From Hormiphora californensis (Eukaryota; Animalia; Ctenophora), in the NCBI GenBank assembly GCA_020137815.1, contig CM035358.1, positions 4,216,001 through 4,280,000 of the forward strand: a stretch of 64,000 bases of DNA. The letters are read 5' to 3'. A program made the translations under genes and the position numbers. Positions 37,185 to 63,092 of the stretch are shown piece by piece. The notes under the pieces are model-generated. The model was not told the DNA's origin, did no database searches, and worked only from the letters and a program-made list of their open reading frames with translations. Position 1 is the first letter of the stretch, and each line of letters opens with the position of its first letter.

Positions 37185-38961
37185 GGTGGGATGAAGTTAC
37201 ATCAGGGCTGTAGAGGGAGATAGTATGTTAGTTTTACCATGTTAGAGGGAGATATAATGCTAGTTTTATCATGTTCACTGGTCATGATGTTAGAATTACC
37301 CGGGAAAGAGTTTTTGAGGAATGAAGGGTTTTTGTAGAGGCACTGATACACACCCAGATTTTGAATAAAATGAAAACACGTTATATTTTGGGGTTTTTCG
37401 AGCAATATTTTTCATCGTTTTTCGGGCACACACACACAGTAACTGAAGGTAGCACGAATATAACACATCAAACATCTCCCTCTCTCTCTCTCCAAGCTGT
37501 TGTCGAAAAGATCTCAAAACTCACACGTCAATGTTGGAAAGGTTTCTCAAAATAGAAAAAAAGGTATCGTGCCGATGGAAAAGTTGTAAGAGTCGGTACA
37601 AAGAGGCATGTGTTAGCCGGCACTAGACAGCTTCTCAGCATCGGTATCACGTTAAAATCAGGCACAATGGAAATGACACAAGGCTGTGATACACGTGAGG
37701 ATCTCATCATCGAGAAACACATATACAATCAGCTCCGATGGTATATAAATGTGACATTTCCAGTGTACCCAGGTCTAGGTTTGGGGACACGAATGTCTAC
37801 GAAAGGTAGCGATGTGTGTTGTCTCCCAGACCCGATAAAGTCCAATCCCAACTGCATCACATGGTACCCCGGCACAAGGATGACTCTCAACGACCTGTTA
37901 CAGAATGAATGAGAGCTCCCGAAAACGAGGCACACACACTTCGGCAATCATCACGTGCAATGGCACTGTTGCAAAATGTGTGTGTCCACCCCCAGCAAAC
38001 ACAAGTGGACTTGTCTGACGGATGGAGTACCATGTGATATAACGCAATTGGAAACAAGTTACCCAGGGGGGTTTAGCTGCCATTTGTAATGGGTATATAT
38101 CGGAGGGGGGTTTGGTGAAAGGGGGACCTGACATGCCCGCGGGATTTACGTGGTGACTACTACCAAGGAACTGGGAATCAAAACGGGAAAATCTACCGAG
38201 CAGGCATGGCATCCTTACACTATATCCCGGGCAACTTGTGAGTACGGGCAGGGATTTGGTGTGACATGGAACGACCCGATGATGGCTAGAGTGAGCCCTT
38301 ATCTGTAATGGAACCGGGGGAAGCGCACTGAGTGACACAATCAACACCATATATGGATATCACGTGACACACAACACCATATATGGGCATCACGTGGGAC
38401 TCAGTGGTGGTCCATAAAAGTCGTTCCACCCCAACCTTTCTATTTTTAGTAAAACTCGCGGGTGTTGGTGGACGTGTGAGTGAGAGGAGTTTGAGGGAGT
38501 TGATGGACAAGAAATATGTATCAAGAAAAAAAAGGGGGGATGGGGGTCATATATACTTATTTTAACGCACATACACAGACATCGATCGAACACATGTTAT
38601 GGTAGATATGGTTTTGTCATAGTGTTGCGAAAAAAGGGGTATAGAGATAAAAATTATACTGTCATATTTTTGAAAGGGGTTTATAAATTTAAATTTAAAT
38701 AAATAAAAGAGGACAGTAAATATACGATATAATAATATAGAGAGTAATATAACTAGAACAACACGCATAAAACAAGCTGATTAGAGGGGGATTACCACAT
38801 TGAAGTGAGAGCAGCTTCCACAAACTATTGAGTAGTCAGATAGTAGCTACATAACCAAAGCTCAACTAGTGCTCCTTTATAATGTATCACACACTGTCCG
38901 CTTTGTTCACCACTCTCCCTCCTCGCAGTGTCTCCCTCCAATACCATCAAGTCTCAAGGAT

Positions 38962-39749
38962 CTACAAGAGACCACTGGCCTTGATAACAACCGGCTGCTT
39001 GGTCTGGCCCTGTCGGCTTCCCACTCCCTCGATGGCCTTGACGACTTCCATTCCCTTGGTAACGTTGCCGAACACAACGTGCTTACCTAGGTGAGTGAAG
39101 AAATATTACAAGATTGGAATGGAAACAATCCTTTCGGGTTTGGGTTTAAAGACACGTACCGTCCAACCAGGCGGTCTTGACGGTGCAGAGGAAGAACTGA
39201 GATCCGTTAGTGTTGGGTCCAGCGTTGGCCATGGACAGAACTCCGGGTCCGGTGTGCTTCAGGGTGAAGTTCTCATCCTCGAACTTGTTTCCGTAGATGG
39301 ATTTGCCTCCGGTTCCATCTCCCCTTGTGAAGTCACCTGAGGTAATATTATAAGAGTTATTTATTGTCTTGATAATGAAAACTATTACAAAATATTCTGT
39401 CCTGCTCCTTCATAAAACACTTGACCCAATTTCTGCTCCTTCATAAAACTCACCTCCCTGACACATGAAATCAGTGATAACTCGATGGAACTTGGAGCCA
39501 GCGTATCCGTATCCCTTCTCTCCGGTGCACAGAGCCTTGAAGTTGGCGACGGTCTTGGGCACAACGTCCTCCCGAAGAGTCATCTCAATTCGGCCTGAAA
39601 AAAAAGAAGAGTTTAACATTGATTCTGAATCTAGATCATTACAATCAAATCTAGACAATTGCAATAAAAAGCTTTGTTACAGAAATTTGAAACTCACCGG
39701 CAGGCTTGCCTCCGATTTCCATGTCAAAGTAAACAACGGGGTTGGACAT
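38962..39749 (-). CDS. Cyclophilin-type PPIase (3 introns); exons 39749-39698, 39594-39454, 39336-39160, 39086-38962
   Basis: [51 protein letters not shown]. Confidence 0.95.
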
Positions 39750-39944
39750 GATAGGACGTTAAAGGGATCGGCACTTGGCTAACGGAGGAAACTATATTAA
39801 ATACACAACAAATCATATTATAACGATCAACGATTTAGAATCAGTAACTTTTCACAGCACAAGAAAGTGGCTAAAAGGAGGTTTTACAAAAGTTAAAAGT
39901 TTACAAAAATATCTAAAATTGGAGCAACAAAGTCCAAAATATAT

Positions 39945-40554
39945 TTAAAGCTCCCCACTGGTGGTGATCTGAACGGGTTTGCTTGTTTTGCCGCTGTTGC
40001 TACCGACAGCTTCCATCTTTTTGAGGATATCCATTCCCTCGACAACGTTTCCGAACACAACGTGCTTACCTAGAAAAGGGAAAATGTGTTAAAATTAAAC
40101 ATGGAGGTGATGATTACAGATCGTATCCTCATCGAGACTTGACAGAGGGAATAGGGACAATTCTTTGGGGTTTTAGTTAAAATAAACACGTACCGTCCAA
40201 CCAGTTGGTATCAGCGGTGCACAGGAAGAATTGAGATCCGTTGGTGTTGGGTCCAGCGTTGGCCATGGACAGGGTACCGGCTCCAGTGTGCTTCAGGGTG
40301 AAGTTCTCATCCTCGAACTTGTTTCCGTAGATGGACTTGCCTCCGGTGCCGTTTCCACGGGTGAAATCACCTCCTTGACACATGAACCCAGGGATGATCC
40401 TGTGGAAGCTCGATCCAGCGTATCCGAATCCTTTCTCTCCAGTGCACAGAGCTCGGAAGTTCTCGGCGGTCTTAGGGACAACGTCGTTCCTAAGGGCCAT
40501 GACGATTCGGCCGGCAGCGGCACCACCGATGCTGATGTCAAAGAAGACCTTCAT
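39945..40554 (-). CDS. Cyclophilin-type PPIase (1 coding intron); exons 40554-40194 and 40069-39945
   Basis: [36 protein letters not shown]|KHVVFG. Confidence 0.95.
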
Positions 40555-41169
40555 GATGTGGAGAGCTATAGAGAGAAATCGAGGTTAGTTGAGGCGGTAA
40601 GATGGGGGGAATTGGGGAAAAGGTCATATAATGGGAGCTACATGGGAAACTGGGGCAATGAAATACGGATACAGTAAGGTCAGTAGATAGCAACAGAAAT
40701 ATGGATGAGGTCGGGTAAGCGTAGAAAGGTTAGAATTATAAAAATGTCAGGAGGTAGCAAGGTTGATTGGAAAAGAACAGGGCGACAGGAAAAGGGTATA
40801 ATTAAAGCTACAGTTCCTGGCGTAGTAGCAGAACTACTCCTGTATTAGCAATTCTGGGGAAGTAATGGGGCTGTGGTAGGAGCTGTAGGTAGGGGAGAAT
40901 TCTGGGGGAGGAATTGGGCGAATTAAACTGCAAAGTTAAATGGCAAATAAAGAATTGTGAAAATAATCGTTTTAAGCGGAGAGAAATATATAATAGGAGC
41001 TCTCGCCCTCTATCACTACACAAACTCGCCTCTATACAGCAAGCTTAGCTCGCATAATACATTCAATATACTAACATACACACACATACAGATATAGAAT
41101 AGTCAAGTGTGACTGAAACAAACAAGATAATAGGTCACAATTGCAAGATAGTCTGGTCGTGGTGGTGGT

Positions 41170-44100
41170 TTAAAGGACCCGGGCGATATTTCTAATCATG
41201 TATACCGCCTTGTGGAGCTGTCTCTGGGTCCCCTTTAGGGTGACCATCCTCATATCACCCTCGACCTCGCTATCAGCCTGAACCCTGGAGAGAGGGGTAG
41301 AGACTAGAGAGGTGAAAGGAGGGTAGCGTGGGATGCAAGAGAGGGGTAGAGACTAGAGAGGAGCAGTGGTGGCCCCAGCCTGGGGTGGTGGGGGGGGGGG
41401 GGGTGGCCACCCCCCCAAAACTTTTCAAACAGGGGTTGTTGGGGGTGGTAAAATAGCTTTAAAATGTGTTCTAAATGGCTTTAAATTGATCAAAATCTAA
41501 AATTTTCCGGGGGCTTCGCCCCTAACCCACACCAAGGGCTGAAAATCGTTAAAATATTGTTCTAAATTGCTTAAAATTTATCAAAAACTAAAATTTTCAG
41601 GGGGCTTCGCCCCTTGCCCACACCAGGGGCTGAACATCATTAAAAAAGTTTTCTAAAAGGGCTGAAAATTGCCCCCACCAAGGGCTGAAAATCGATAAAA
41701 TATTGTTCTAAATTGCTTTAATTCATCAAAATTTCCGGGGGCTTCGCCCCTTGTGACTGAAACTCGTTGACAATTTTTTCTAAAAAGGGCTGAAAATTGT
41801 TAAAAAAGTTGTTCTAAAGTGCTTAAAATTCATCAAAAACTGAAATTTTCCGGGGGCTTCACCCCCTAGCCCCCACCAAGGGCTCTGCCCCTGGACCCCG
41901 TTGGGGGGCTGTGCCCCCCAAACCCCCTGCCGCAGCTCCCTCGACGCCGCTTCGCGGCACCTTCGGCGGTCGCTAGGTTTGGAGTTGAAGTGTGGCCTTC
42001 GGCCACACCACCCCCCCCCCCAAAAAATCCGTGCTGGGGCCACCCCTGGAGAGGGGTAGAGAGGAGAGAGGTCAAAGGAGGGTAGCGTGGGATGCAAGAG
42101 AGGGGTAGAGACTAGAGAGGTGAAAGGAGGGTAGCGTGGGATGCAAGAGTCAGATAGAGCTATGCAAAAGAGATAAACTCTGGAGCTATTTTTTATACGA
42201 GTGACGATCAGGAATATGTTAAGCAGAAATTGAGATCATGAAACGAAATGTCATTGCATGCTAGAACTACTCAAACTAGATCATAATAGTGTGACGTGAC
42301 GAGGAGTTAAAAACAGTAAATCCTTACTTGATATTACAGGCTGTGAATTGTCTGATTTCATTGATATGTGATCCCTTGGGTCCAATCACTGACTTTGTCT
42401 CCGAGTTGGGAATGTAAATCTGCTGTTCAACTTGGGCCTCACTCATCTGCAATAAGGGTATGTTTTAGAATCAATATGGTTGTTTCAGTAGGCCACAAGA
42501 GAGCTCTATCGGCGTGGAACCGAGAGCAGATAGTACAACAATCTTGCGCAAGATCGAAACATTTGTTTGTAAACCAACGTGTTTCTATTTGTTGTATGTT
42601 TTAGAATCGAAAATTGTACAGCGTACACATATTTTAGGTCGAGAGTTTGAACTTTGAACAAGAAATAAAATGGCTGTGGCCCTGAAATTGTAGGAGGTTA
42701 TAACTTACATCATTTGTATCAGTAAAGGCCTCTACAGCGTTAATTTTGGTGAATATCCCACTGTACGGAACACCATAACCGTAATCCTTTAAACTCTCAC
42801 GATCTGATTTGATCTCTGAAAATAACATAACATGAGCCCCCTGGAAATTAGAATTTCATTTCGGTTAAAAGGTTTTAGATTACAAGTGTGCGGTTTGTGA
42901 TAGCAATCCTTGTTTTGTTCAAACAAGGCAAAGCAATCCTACGTCACTTTAATTTAGTGATTGGTAGGATTCTTGTATAAAACAAGCCAACAAAGAGTAT
43001 CAGAAAGAAGTGTCTCAATTAGCTTTGGTCTCATGTAGTAACGTTAACTGTAAGAAGGAAGAAAACGTTGCGAAATTCTCCAGTTGGTTGCACAATTAAT
43101 TTCCGGGATCACGCGAGAAAAGAAGGTATTGAACGAGGTAATGGAGCTGATTAGCTATCTCTTGGGAGGATGAGAGAGAGAGGAAGAGAGGAAGAGAGGG
43201 AGAGAGAGAAAGAGATAGATAGATGGAGGGCAGAAGGCGAGAGAGATGTATAGATCGATAGAGGGCAATATAGAAATGAAGAAAGAATTAATGCACTGCA
43301 AAATATAGACTGCATGACAGTTTCTGTAATTCTAGAGTCTGAAAACTCGAGCTAATACAATAATTTTGAGATGTCGCTAGACATGCGTAATCTGTGGATG
43401 CGAATAGTGCTTCAGGGAGAAATATTAAAAAAATAGTTAGACATACTTTCAGCAATGGCATTGTTAATCATAGTCAGTGCGATTTGGATTTCCTCCTGCC
43501 TCCCATAGATGGTTATCTTCCTCTCTTTATTCCTCACAGTATCGTTACCAGCCACCTCCACCTCAGCACCACTAACCCTCCTGATATTGTCGATCTGATT
43601 CCCACCAGCACCGATTATGTGTCGAGTGTAGCAGTCATCTATGTAGATGTCCTTACTGCCAGAAGTCCTGGCGAAGAAGGTGTTTTGAAATAATAGAAAA
43701 CAAGAATATAGTGTGGAGATTTGTCTTGTTCAACCCTGCCTCACCACGCCCGGTGCGGTCAAACAAATGTAAAGGAGAACATTTAACAAGTGGTAACGAA
43801 GGGAGCTCCCTGTTATTCCGAAAGAAAATTTGTGGGGGGGGTTCAACCTAAAAATTTCCATTTCCATTTGCCAAAATCCGGGTATCGATGGAAATTTTTA
43901 GAAATTTTTAGAAGTTTTTAGTACTGAAAATTTCCAAAAATTTCTAAAAATTTCCAAAAATTTCCATTAATTTCCAAAAATTTCTAAAAATTTCTAAAAA
44001 TTTCCAAAAATTTCCATTGACCAAGAAGAGAAAAATTAACAAAAACTTGAAAATATATAAACACAGTTGTCGAAGAACTGGTTCCTTTTCCTTACCTCTT

Positions 44101-46581
44101 GTGACAACTGAGCATCAATAAGTTATTGAATGATAGATAAGACATCGATATCATATATTTTTGGGCAATCCGTACAATTTTTTCAGAAATCATAGCTTCA
44201 TTGGACAACTAAGGACGCAGACGTCTCGAAAACTGATTTAAAAGTAAGTTACCAAATAGCACAAGATACCTTATGTACTTATATAAGGTGCTATTTGGTA
44301 ACTTACTTTTAAATATTCCTTCGGACGGGTCCTTTTACCATGACTAATGCTTAATACCGTAGTAGATCAGGTTTCTTAGCATACAATATAGAAACTTAAA
44401 CTCTTTTTTAAACTCGATAAGGGATATAGCGAGAATAAGTACTAACTTACTGTCGAAAACATGCATAGATTACCTGTCATTACCTTGGAATTGGGTTACC
44501 GACGAACTTATATAAACTTCTAAAAGTTTCTAAAAACTTCTAAAAATTTCTAAAAATTTCTAAAAACTTCTAAAAATTTCTAAAAATTTCCATTTACTAA
44601 AAACTTCCAAAAATTTCCATTGTCCATAAATTTCTAAAAATTTCTAAAAATTTCTAAAAATTTCAAAAAATTTCCAAAAAATTCTAAAAATTTCCAAAAA
44701 TTTCCAAAAATTTCTAAAAATTTCTAAAAATTTCCAAAATAAAATTTCCATTTGCCAAAAAAGTGGGTATCAATGGAAATTTTTAGGGTTGAACCCCCCC
44801 CCCCCCCCCCATTTGTTATGTTCTAACCCTCCCTTCACATTTGTCTAGCCAGGCAAAAGAAATTGAGATTAATGAGAAAATATATCGCACCTCATAGGAG
44901 ATCTATCACGTATTCGGTTTGTATCATATCCACCTCCCCCGGCTCCTGCTGCAGATCGGTGGTGATCAAATGAACCGTAATCCATGGTACCTCCACTTGT
45001 GAACTGAAGGGGAAATGTCACTGTTGTGTGAAAATACGTTTACTGTGGAGGGGAATTAGAAGTGGTAAAGCTGAGGAGAGAAAAAAAGATAGCGGTGTAA
45101 CTTGAGAACTTTTCTAGCATCAAACCAGGTGCACTGTATGTTGAGAAAAGTTGATGATAGTAATGCAAAATGATCAGACACACGCACAAACAGATAAAAA
45201 GGAACAAAAGAAAACAAGCACTGTTACCTGAATGGGATTGAGAAGAGCGTTGGTAATGGCGAACTTCGCGTAACCACCACAATCAAGATCAATATCGGGT
45301 GCAGTACCAGGCATGTAACTGATACACTCGTGTCGTGCAGGATGATCAGATATTATCTTTAGGGAGAGAAGGAGTGCCTTCGCTATTTCTTCCTCCGACC
45401 CCTTCATCTCAACAACCCGGTCCTCGGAGTGAGGGAGTTTGTCCTTATAGACCTTGAAACGCTGGCATGATGATTGCTGGAGAGAAAGTGGAATTTTAGT
45501 TGTAGGAAGAATATTATTATTATTATTAAATCTGTTTACAATAATTTGACACTGTCAATATTGTAGGAAGAATAGTAGGACCCCAAACTTACTAAAACCC
45601 CCAAGCAGGTATATCAAGATTCTAAACATTGATAAACATTCAGACAAACTAAAAATCCGCAATTCTCTTACCATTCGGATATCTTTCAAAGTGTCTCCCT
45701 TGGGTCCAACGAGGAATCCCACAAGATTGGAACTGACCAACATAAGCACCTCATCCCAATGATCTTGTGGAATGGTATTATCCTCCCTTAAACACTTGAA
45801 CAATTTCCGGCAGATTGACACGATGACGGTGGAGACATCACTCATTTGGCATGTTATCAGGACAAGTCTGCGAGGGGATGAGAGTTAGTGATGGAGAGTT
45901 AGAGGTGTGATGTGTGGTGAGCTGAGTGATATTAGAAATGTGATTCAGATGGGAAAGAGAAGAAGTTCTTGTTTGCACAAGAAGAAAGGGAAAGGAAAGA
46001 AATTAAGTAGCAGTATACAACTTGGTCGCCCACCACTCCCCCTTTTCCAACATCCCACAAACCCCTCTATTACCCAAGTTGAATACTGCCGCGAATAAAT
46101 TGGGAGTTACCGTTCGGGGGAAGGAGGGGACTCAGGTACTTTGAGATAAGCCTTGGGAGAGAAGAGACGGTTAGATTTAGAGCTATTAGACAGTTAGTAA
46201 CAAGAGAGGCAGAGCAAACGTCAGAGTTAGAGTAGATTTAAACCTTGTAAGCACAGCTAGAGATGATCTCTTGGATCGTTTCAGCCTTCTTTCCGATGAT
46301 CGAACCGGCCGCCTGAAAAAATTAGGTCATGACACGATGGTTAAAAACGCTATGTCTGCCTAGTCTCGGGTTCAGTCTTTTGTCTAAAGTGCGTTTCAAA
46401 CGACTTGACCTGAGATTCCTAGAAATTCAGGATTTCCCCTTTAAAAATACACGCGCAATGCGCCAAATTCCAAGAATTACGGGTCAAGTCGCTTGAAACG
46501 GACTTTAGTCTCGGGTTTGATCTGTACCTTGGAGGGGATGAGTAGCCGGAAAGAAACAGTGATATTCTCGTCACTAGTCAT
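41170..46581 (-). CDS. hnRNP K/PCBP-like RNA-binding protein with four KH domains; exons 46581-46528, 46312-46244, 46151-46111, 45867-45672, 45476-45228, 45003-44891, 43667-43447, 42815-42709, 42446-42328, 41284-41170
   Basis: RLLIPSKAAGSIIGKKAE, VPESPPSPER, LVGPKG..PHSEDRVV, IIGAGG, VIGPKG. Requires one extra G in the G-run near 44937-44942 (probable assembly indel). Confidence 0.8.
41364..42048. mobile_element. hAT-like non-autonomous element
   Basis: CAGTGGTGGCCCCAGC...GCTGGGGCCACCCCTG TIRs, ~8-bp TSD GAGAGGAG/GAGAGGGG, internal GGGGCTTCGCCCC repeats. Confidence 0.8.
43834..44810. mobile_element. TIR element with G/C-run ends and internal 10-bp AAATTTCTAA arrays
   Basis: GGGGTTCAACCTAAAAATTTCCAT...ATGGAAATTTTTAGGGTTGAACCCC; ATTTGT on both flanks. 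Confidence 0.75.
46385..46507. mobile_element. MITE copy (family of 22805-22928)
   Basis: Reverse-orientation match with the same TIRs. Confidence 0.8.
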
Positions 46582-46599
46582 GGTTGAACTGGCTTAACT

Positions 46600-46870
46600 T
46601 GGATTTAGGGTTTGAGATCGAACGGTAAGCTGTTAGGGGCACTCGAAACGAACTTGGGGGCAAATTTTGAAAGTTCGAACAGAAATCGCGATCGCGTGCA
46701 CCACACGCCGCGACCGTTTTATAAAACACGCGCGAATCTTATCCCGCTGCCGTTACTCAAGTTAAACGGAATGCGCGAAATAAAATACATCTTGCGAGGC
46801 CAAACTGCGCGGCGCTCCTTTTTTAATTTCTAAAAAAAGTTTTAAAAAAAGTTAGATCAAGCGTTCCTTT
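46600..46870. promoter_or_regulatory. Putative divergent promoter (hnRNP K-like / STAND gene)
   Basis: CGCG-rich with A/T tracts between two ATGs 450 bp apart. Confidence 0.6.
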
Positions 46871-47030
46871 TTTCGTCTTCAAAATTCTAGTTTCTGCTTT
46901 CCGTTTCTCTCAGACCTCCTCCTTACCCACAAACTCACCTGTATGTGTTCTAAAGGCATTAATTTTCTAAATATTTTCAATCAAAATCTGAAAATAATGC
47001 CTGTTTTAGGGATTTATTGATGTTTCCAAG

Positions 47031-49887
47031 ATGAATGTAAGCGAGCAGGATGCCATCAAAAGATATTCCGCCTTTTTAAACTCAACTGTCGAAAAAGAAG
47101 AGCTCCTATCTGCACTTAGAGACACATTTCCCCGTTATGAGGGGTTTTTTGATAAGGCAGAGGAAGATGAAACACAACTGGTCACGGATATTATCCTGTT
47201 TCTGAAGGATGTGACGGACTCGTTTTCGGGGGTGTGCCATTCACTCGAGGAATGCTCACAGGAATATATCGCCACAATGCTAAAAGATTATGTTGTAATG
47301 ATCGAAGTTGACACTGCGGGAACAACAGGATCTGTTGATACTGTCATCGTAAATTCTGAACACGTGCATAAGGACATTGTGGTTGACATATCACGTTCGA
47401 TCATTGAATTTGACCTGAAGGAGGCAATCGTAGATGGTCCCCAAGGATCCGGCCGGACCAGTCTTGTTGCAGAGATCGAACAAGTGCTGTTTAACTACAA
47501 TTACAACTGCCTCATGATTGATCTTTCCTCGGCCCGATCCCAATACCTCATGACAGAGTTGCAGCACTTTATACAACTCCAAAATCTAACCAACAAAAAA
47601 GTTGTTTTCTTTGACAACTGTATCCGGGACAATATCCAGACTCTAATGGATCAAGTTGGTGATGAGAAGTCCATACTGGATAGCATGAGGATCGGCGGGG
47701 ATTGTGATTGTATATATTCCAGATGCCGACATCTCAGAAGACCTCAGAGAAGTTAAAAACTTCGATATTCCCCCAATTAGCGTCTCACAAGCCGAACAGT
47801 TACTTGCAAATAGTTTCAACTTCCACATTTCCCAGCGTCAAGTGATTCTCGATGCATTTACTAATTGTCCCCAGTACCCCCTGCATTTAATGCTGGTGGC
47901 AACCCTTTATCTGTCGAGCAAGTATAGTCAACTTGAGCTGATCAATACGCTTCCTCAGTCCACCGAATCTAATCAGTTTCTAGATGAGATCTTTTGTGCA
48001 ATCTTCAAAGCCCGCGATAATGCAGATGAGTTGTATGTTCTGGCGGGTGTCCAACTTTTTCATAATATCGACGGGGCCTCCCCGCGAGATTTATTTCAAA
48101 CACTCCAGTCCCACCGATATAGTGAGGATCAGCTGATTGGTTTCGTGAAAGATTTGATTTCATGTCGGCTCCTCTCCAAGCACAGCAACGGAAAGTATTT
48201 CCTGTGTAGTAAGCAGCTGATAAATCTATCCTCCTTCGAACAGTTCGCGGATATCAGTCGGAAAGTTCTCTTTAGTTTCCTTCGACTGAACCTGTATGCG
48301 GTAATTCGAATCGTCAACGAGCTCAACGATGAGGAAATGGCGTTGGAGTTGTGGAAAATAAAGAAGCCTCTCTTTCTCAAGGTTCTAACATATGACTTTG
48401 AAATCACCACGGAGTTTGTTCCAATTGTGAATCTCAGATTTGAAGCAATGATGCAACTGAGAAAGCTCTGGCAATGTCAGTTTATCACATTTATTGAGGC
48501 TTTGAACGTGTACGAGCGGTTTATGCATTGGAGCATGAGGAAGGGAATCTCACAGCTCACCCGGCCCCAGTTAGAGACACTTCGAGCTATTCTAACCCAC
48601 TACATTTCCCTCTTCTTCTACTTCAGAAAGGCGGTAGATTTCTTGGATGATGTGTTGGGTCCTATTTTTGGGTATGTTGATAAGGTAATTGGCCGACTGG
48701 GAACCCCCACCGATGAGCTGTACTGCGAGCTGCTCAGCTATATTATCGAGATCAAGATTCACCATGGGGATACTGATGAGGCTCACAAAAACCTGAAGCA
48801 GGTCCTCGCGATCCAGGAAAAACTTCCATCTGGGGTTTCTGATGGTTTGGTGGAGAGGATTAAAATCCGTTTGGATCAGCTTGAGACTCTACGGCCGTCT
48901 CTCCATGAGAGTGGTGACACACTGGATTTTAATGCTTCTAGTCCCGTCTATTCTAAGATGATGAATGCCAAGTTACGGATTGGGGCAGGGGACAAGGCTT
49001 ACATAAAGCACGATTTCGCAGGTGCCAATCGAAATTACTCGTTTGCAATGATATCTCTGGAGCAGAACAACGGAAATCAGGATCGTATGTGGCTGGAAAC
49101 CAGAAAGGACGTCCAATGTCGTATCGGAAAGATTAAGCTACAAAGTCCTAGGTGGGTTGAGAAATGTCTAGAGGACTTCAAAAAGTGCCAAGAATTCTAC
49201 ACACAACTTGAAATTGGTCGAGTAAACACCGAATATAACGTTTACATTGCAACCGCCTTCCTGCTGATGGGGGAAAATAGCAGAGCAATGCCTGAAGTCC
49301 TGAACTTTTGGAAAACGGGCAACAAATCCATGTTCATCGCGGTGACTGATGTCGATGCTCAAAGATCCATTTCCCGCAATCTAAAGGAACGGCTCACAGG
49401 CCCAGAGATCAACCACCTGGACAACTACATGTACGAAGGAAAAGTTAACTTTTTGTATCTAAAAAGTACGAATTACCACTGGGTGAAGATGCAACTGACG
49501 GACGAGATCATTGATGTACATCCCAATGCAAATGAGCGAGAGATCCGTGCTAGCACCCTCCAGTTTCCCAACCATGGTAACACCAACAGTAATAAGAGAC
49601 TCGTTGTGGCATTCTTGGTGTCCGAGCGAGGCCCAAGGGGTGGTCATCTTCGGGTGAACAGTGAAACGACCGTCTTCTCCGATATCTCTCATATTGACCG
49701 TGGGCTAAGTGAGGTCAGGTCAGATTTTATTACCGATGACGTCATGATGGGTGCAATTGATCACGGTGACTCCATCATTAAATCTGTGTATCGTACAGCA
49801 TTTTCTGTGGTTACAGGAGTTGCGAGTAAGGCCAAAACAAGTTTAATACATGGAATTACCTCTACTGTTTTAGATCAGTTTTCCTGA
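47031..49887 (+). CDS. Intronless death-fold(CARD-like)-STAND NTPase-TPR-like protein, split by a 1-nt frameshift near 47700
   Basis: Helical N-terminal ~85 aa; Walker A GPQGSGRT; Walker B VVFFD; IPPISVSQAEQLL; QYPLHL (GxP-like); helical repeats. Removing one G from the G-run at ~47697-47700 fuses the two ORFs. Confidence 0.65.
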
Positions 49888-50216
49888 TTTGTGTGTTTTG
49901 GACTGATAATGTGTGTCTTCAGATTTTTAACAGGGCAGAGTAGAAAGTGTGTAGTTGGGGGCTCTCTCTATGTTGTTGAAATAATTTAACGTTTTGGTTT
50001 GTAAAGTGTGTTTATAATTTTGTTGTTTTATCTACAACCATGTTGTTTCGATAACAGCCCGATATTTTATACTTAGTTTTTCCCGATCCCCTGATTTAGA
50101 TTGTCCCCGATCCCCCTTATTATTACCCCTCTGATTTCTTAAGCTTTACCCTCCACTTAGTCAGTTTCCCCTTGTTATTTATAACTCCTAACTTCATCCC
50201 TGATTTATAGAGTGAG

Positions 50217-63092
<12,876 letters not shown>

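Noticed and set aside
37528-37947. Two in-frame minus-strand ORFs separated by one TGA (selenocysteine or readthrough?)
   Set aside because: No recognisable protein family, no SECIS evident, and non-ATG starts.
47690-47760. Programmed ribosomal frameshift between the two STAND ORFs
   Set aside because: No canonical slippery heptamer. A 1-nt G-run error explains it, and similar indels occur elsewhere in the window.
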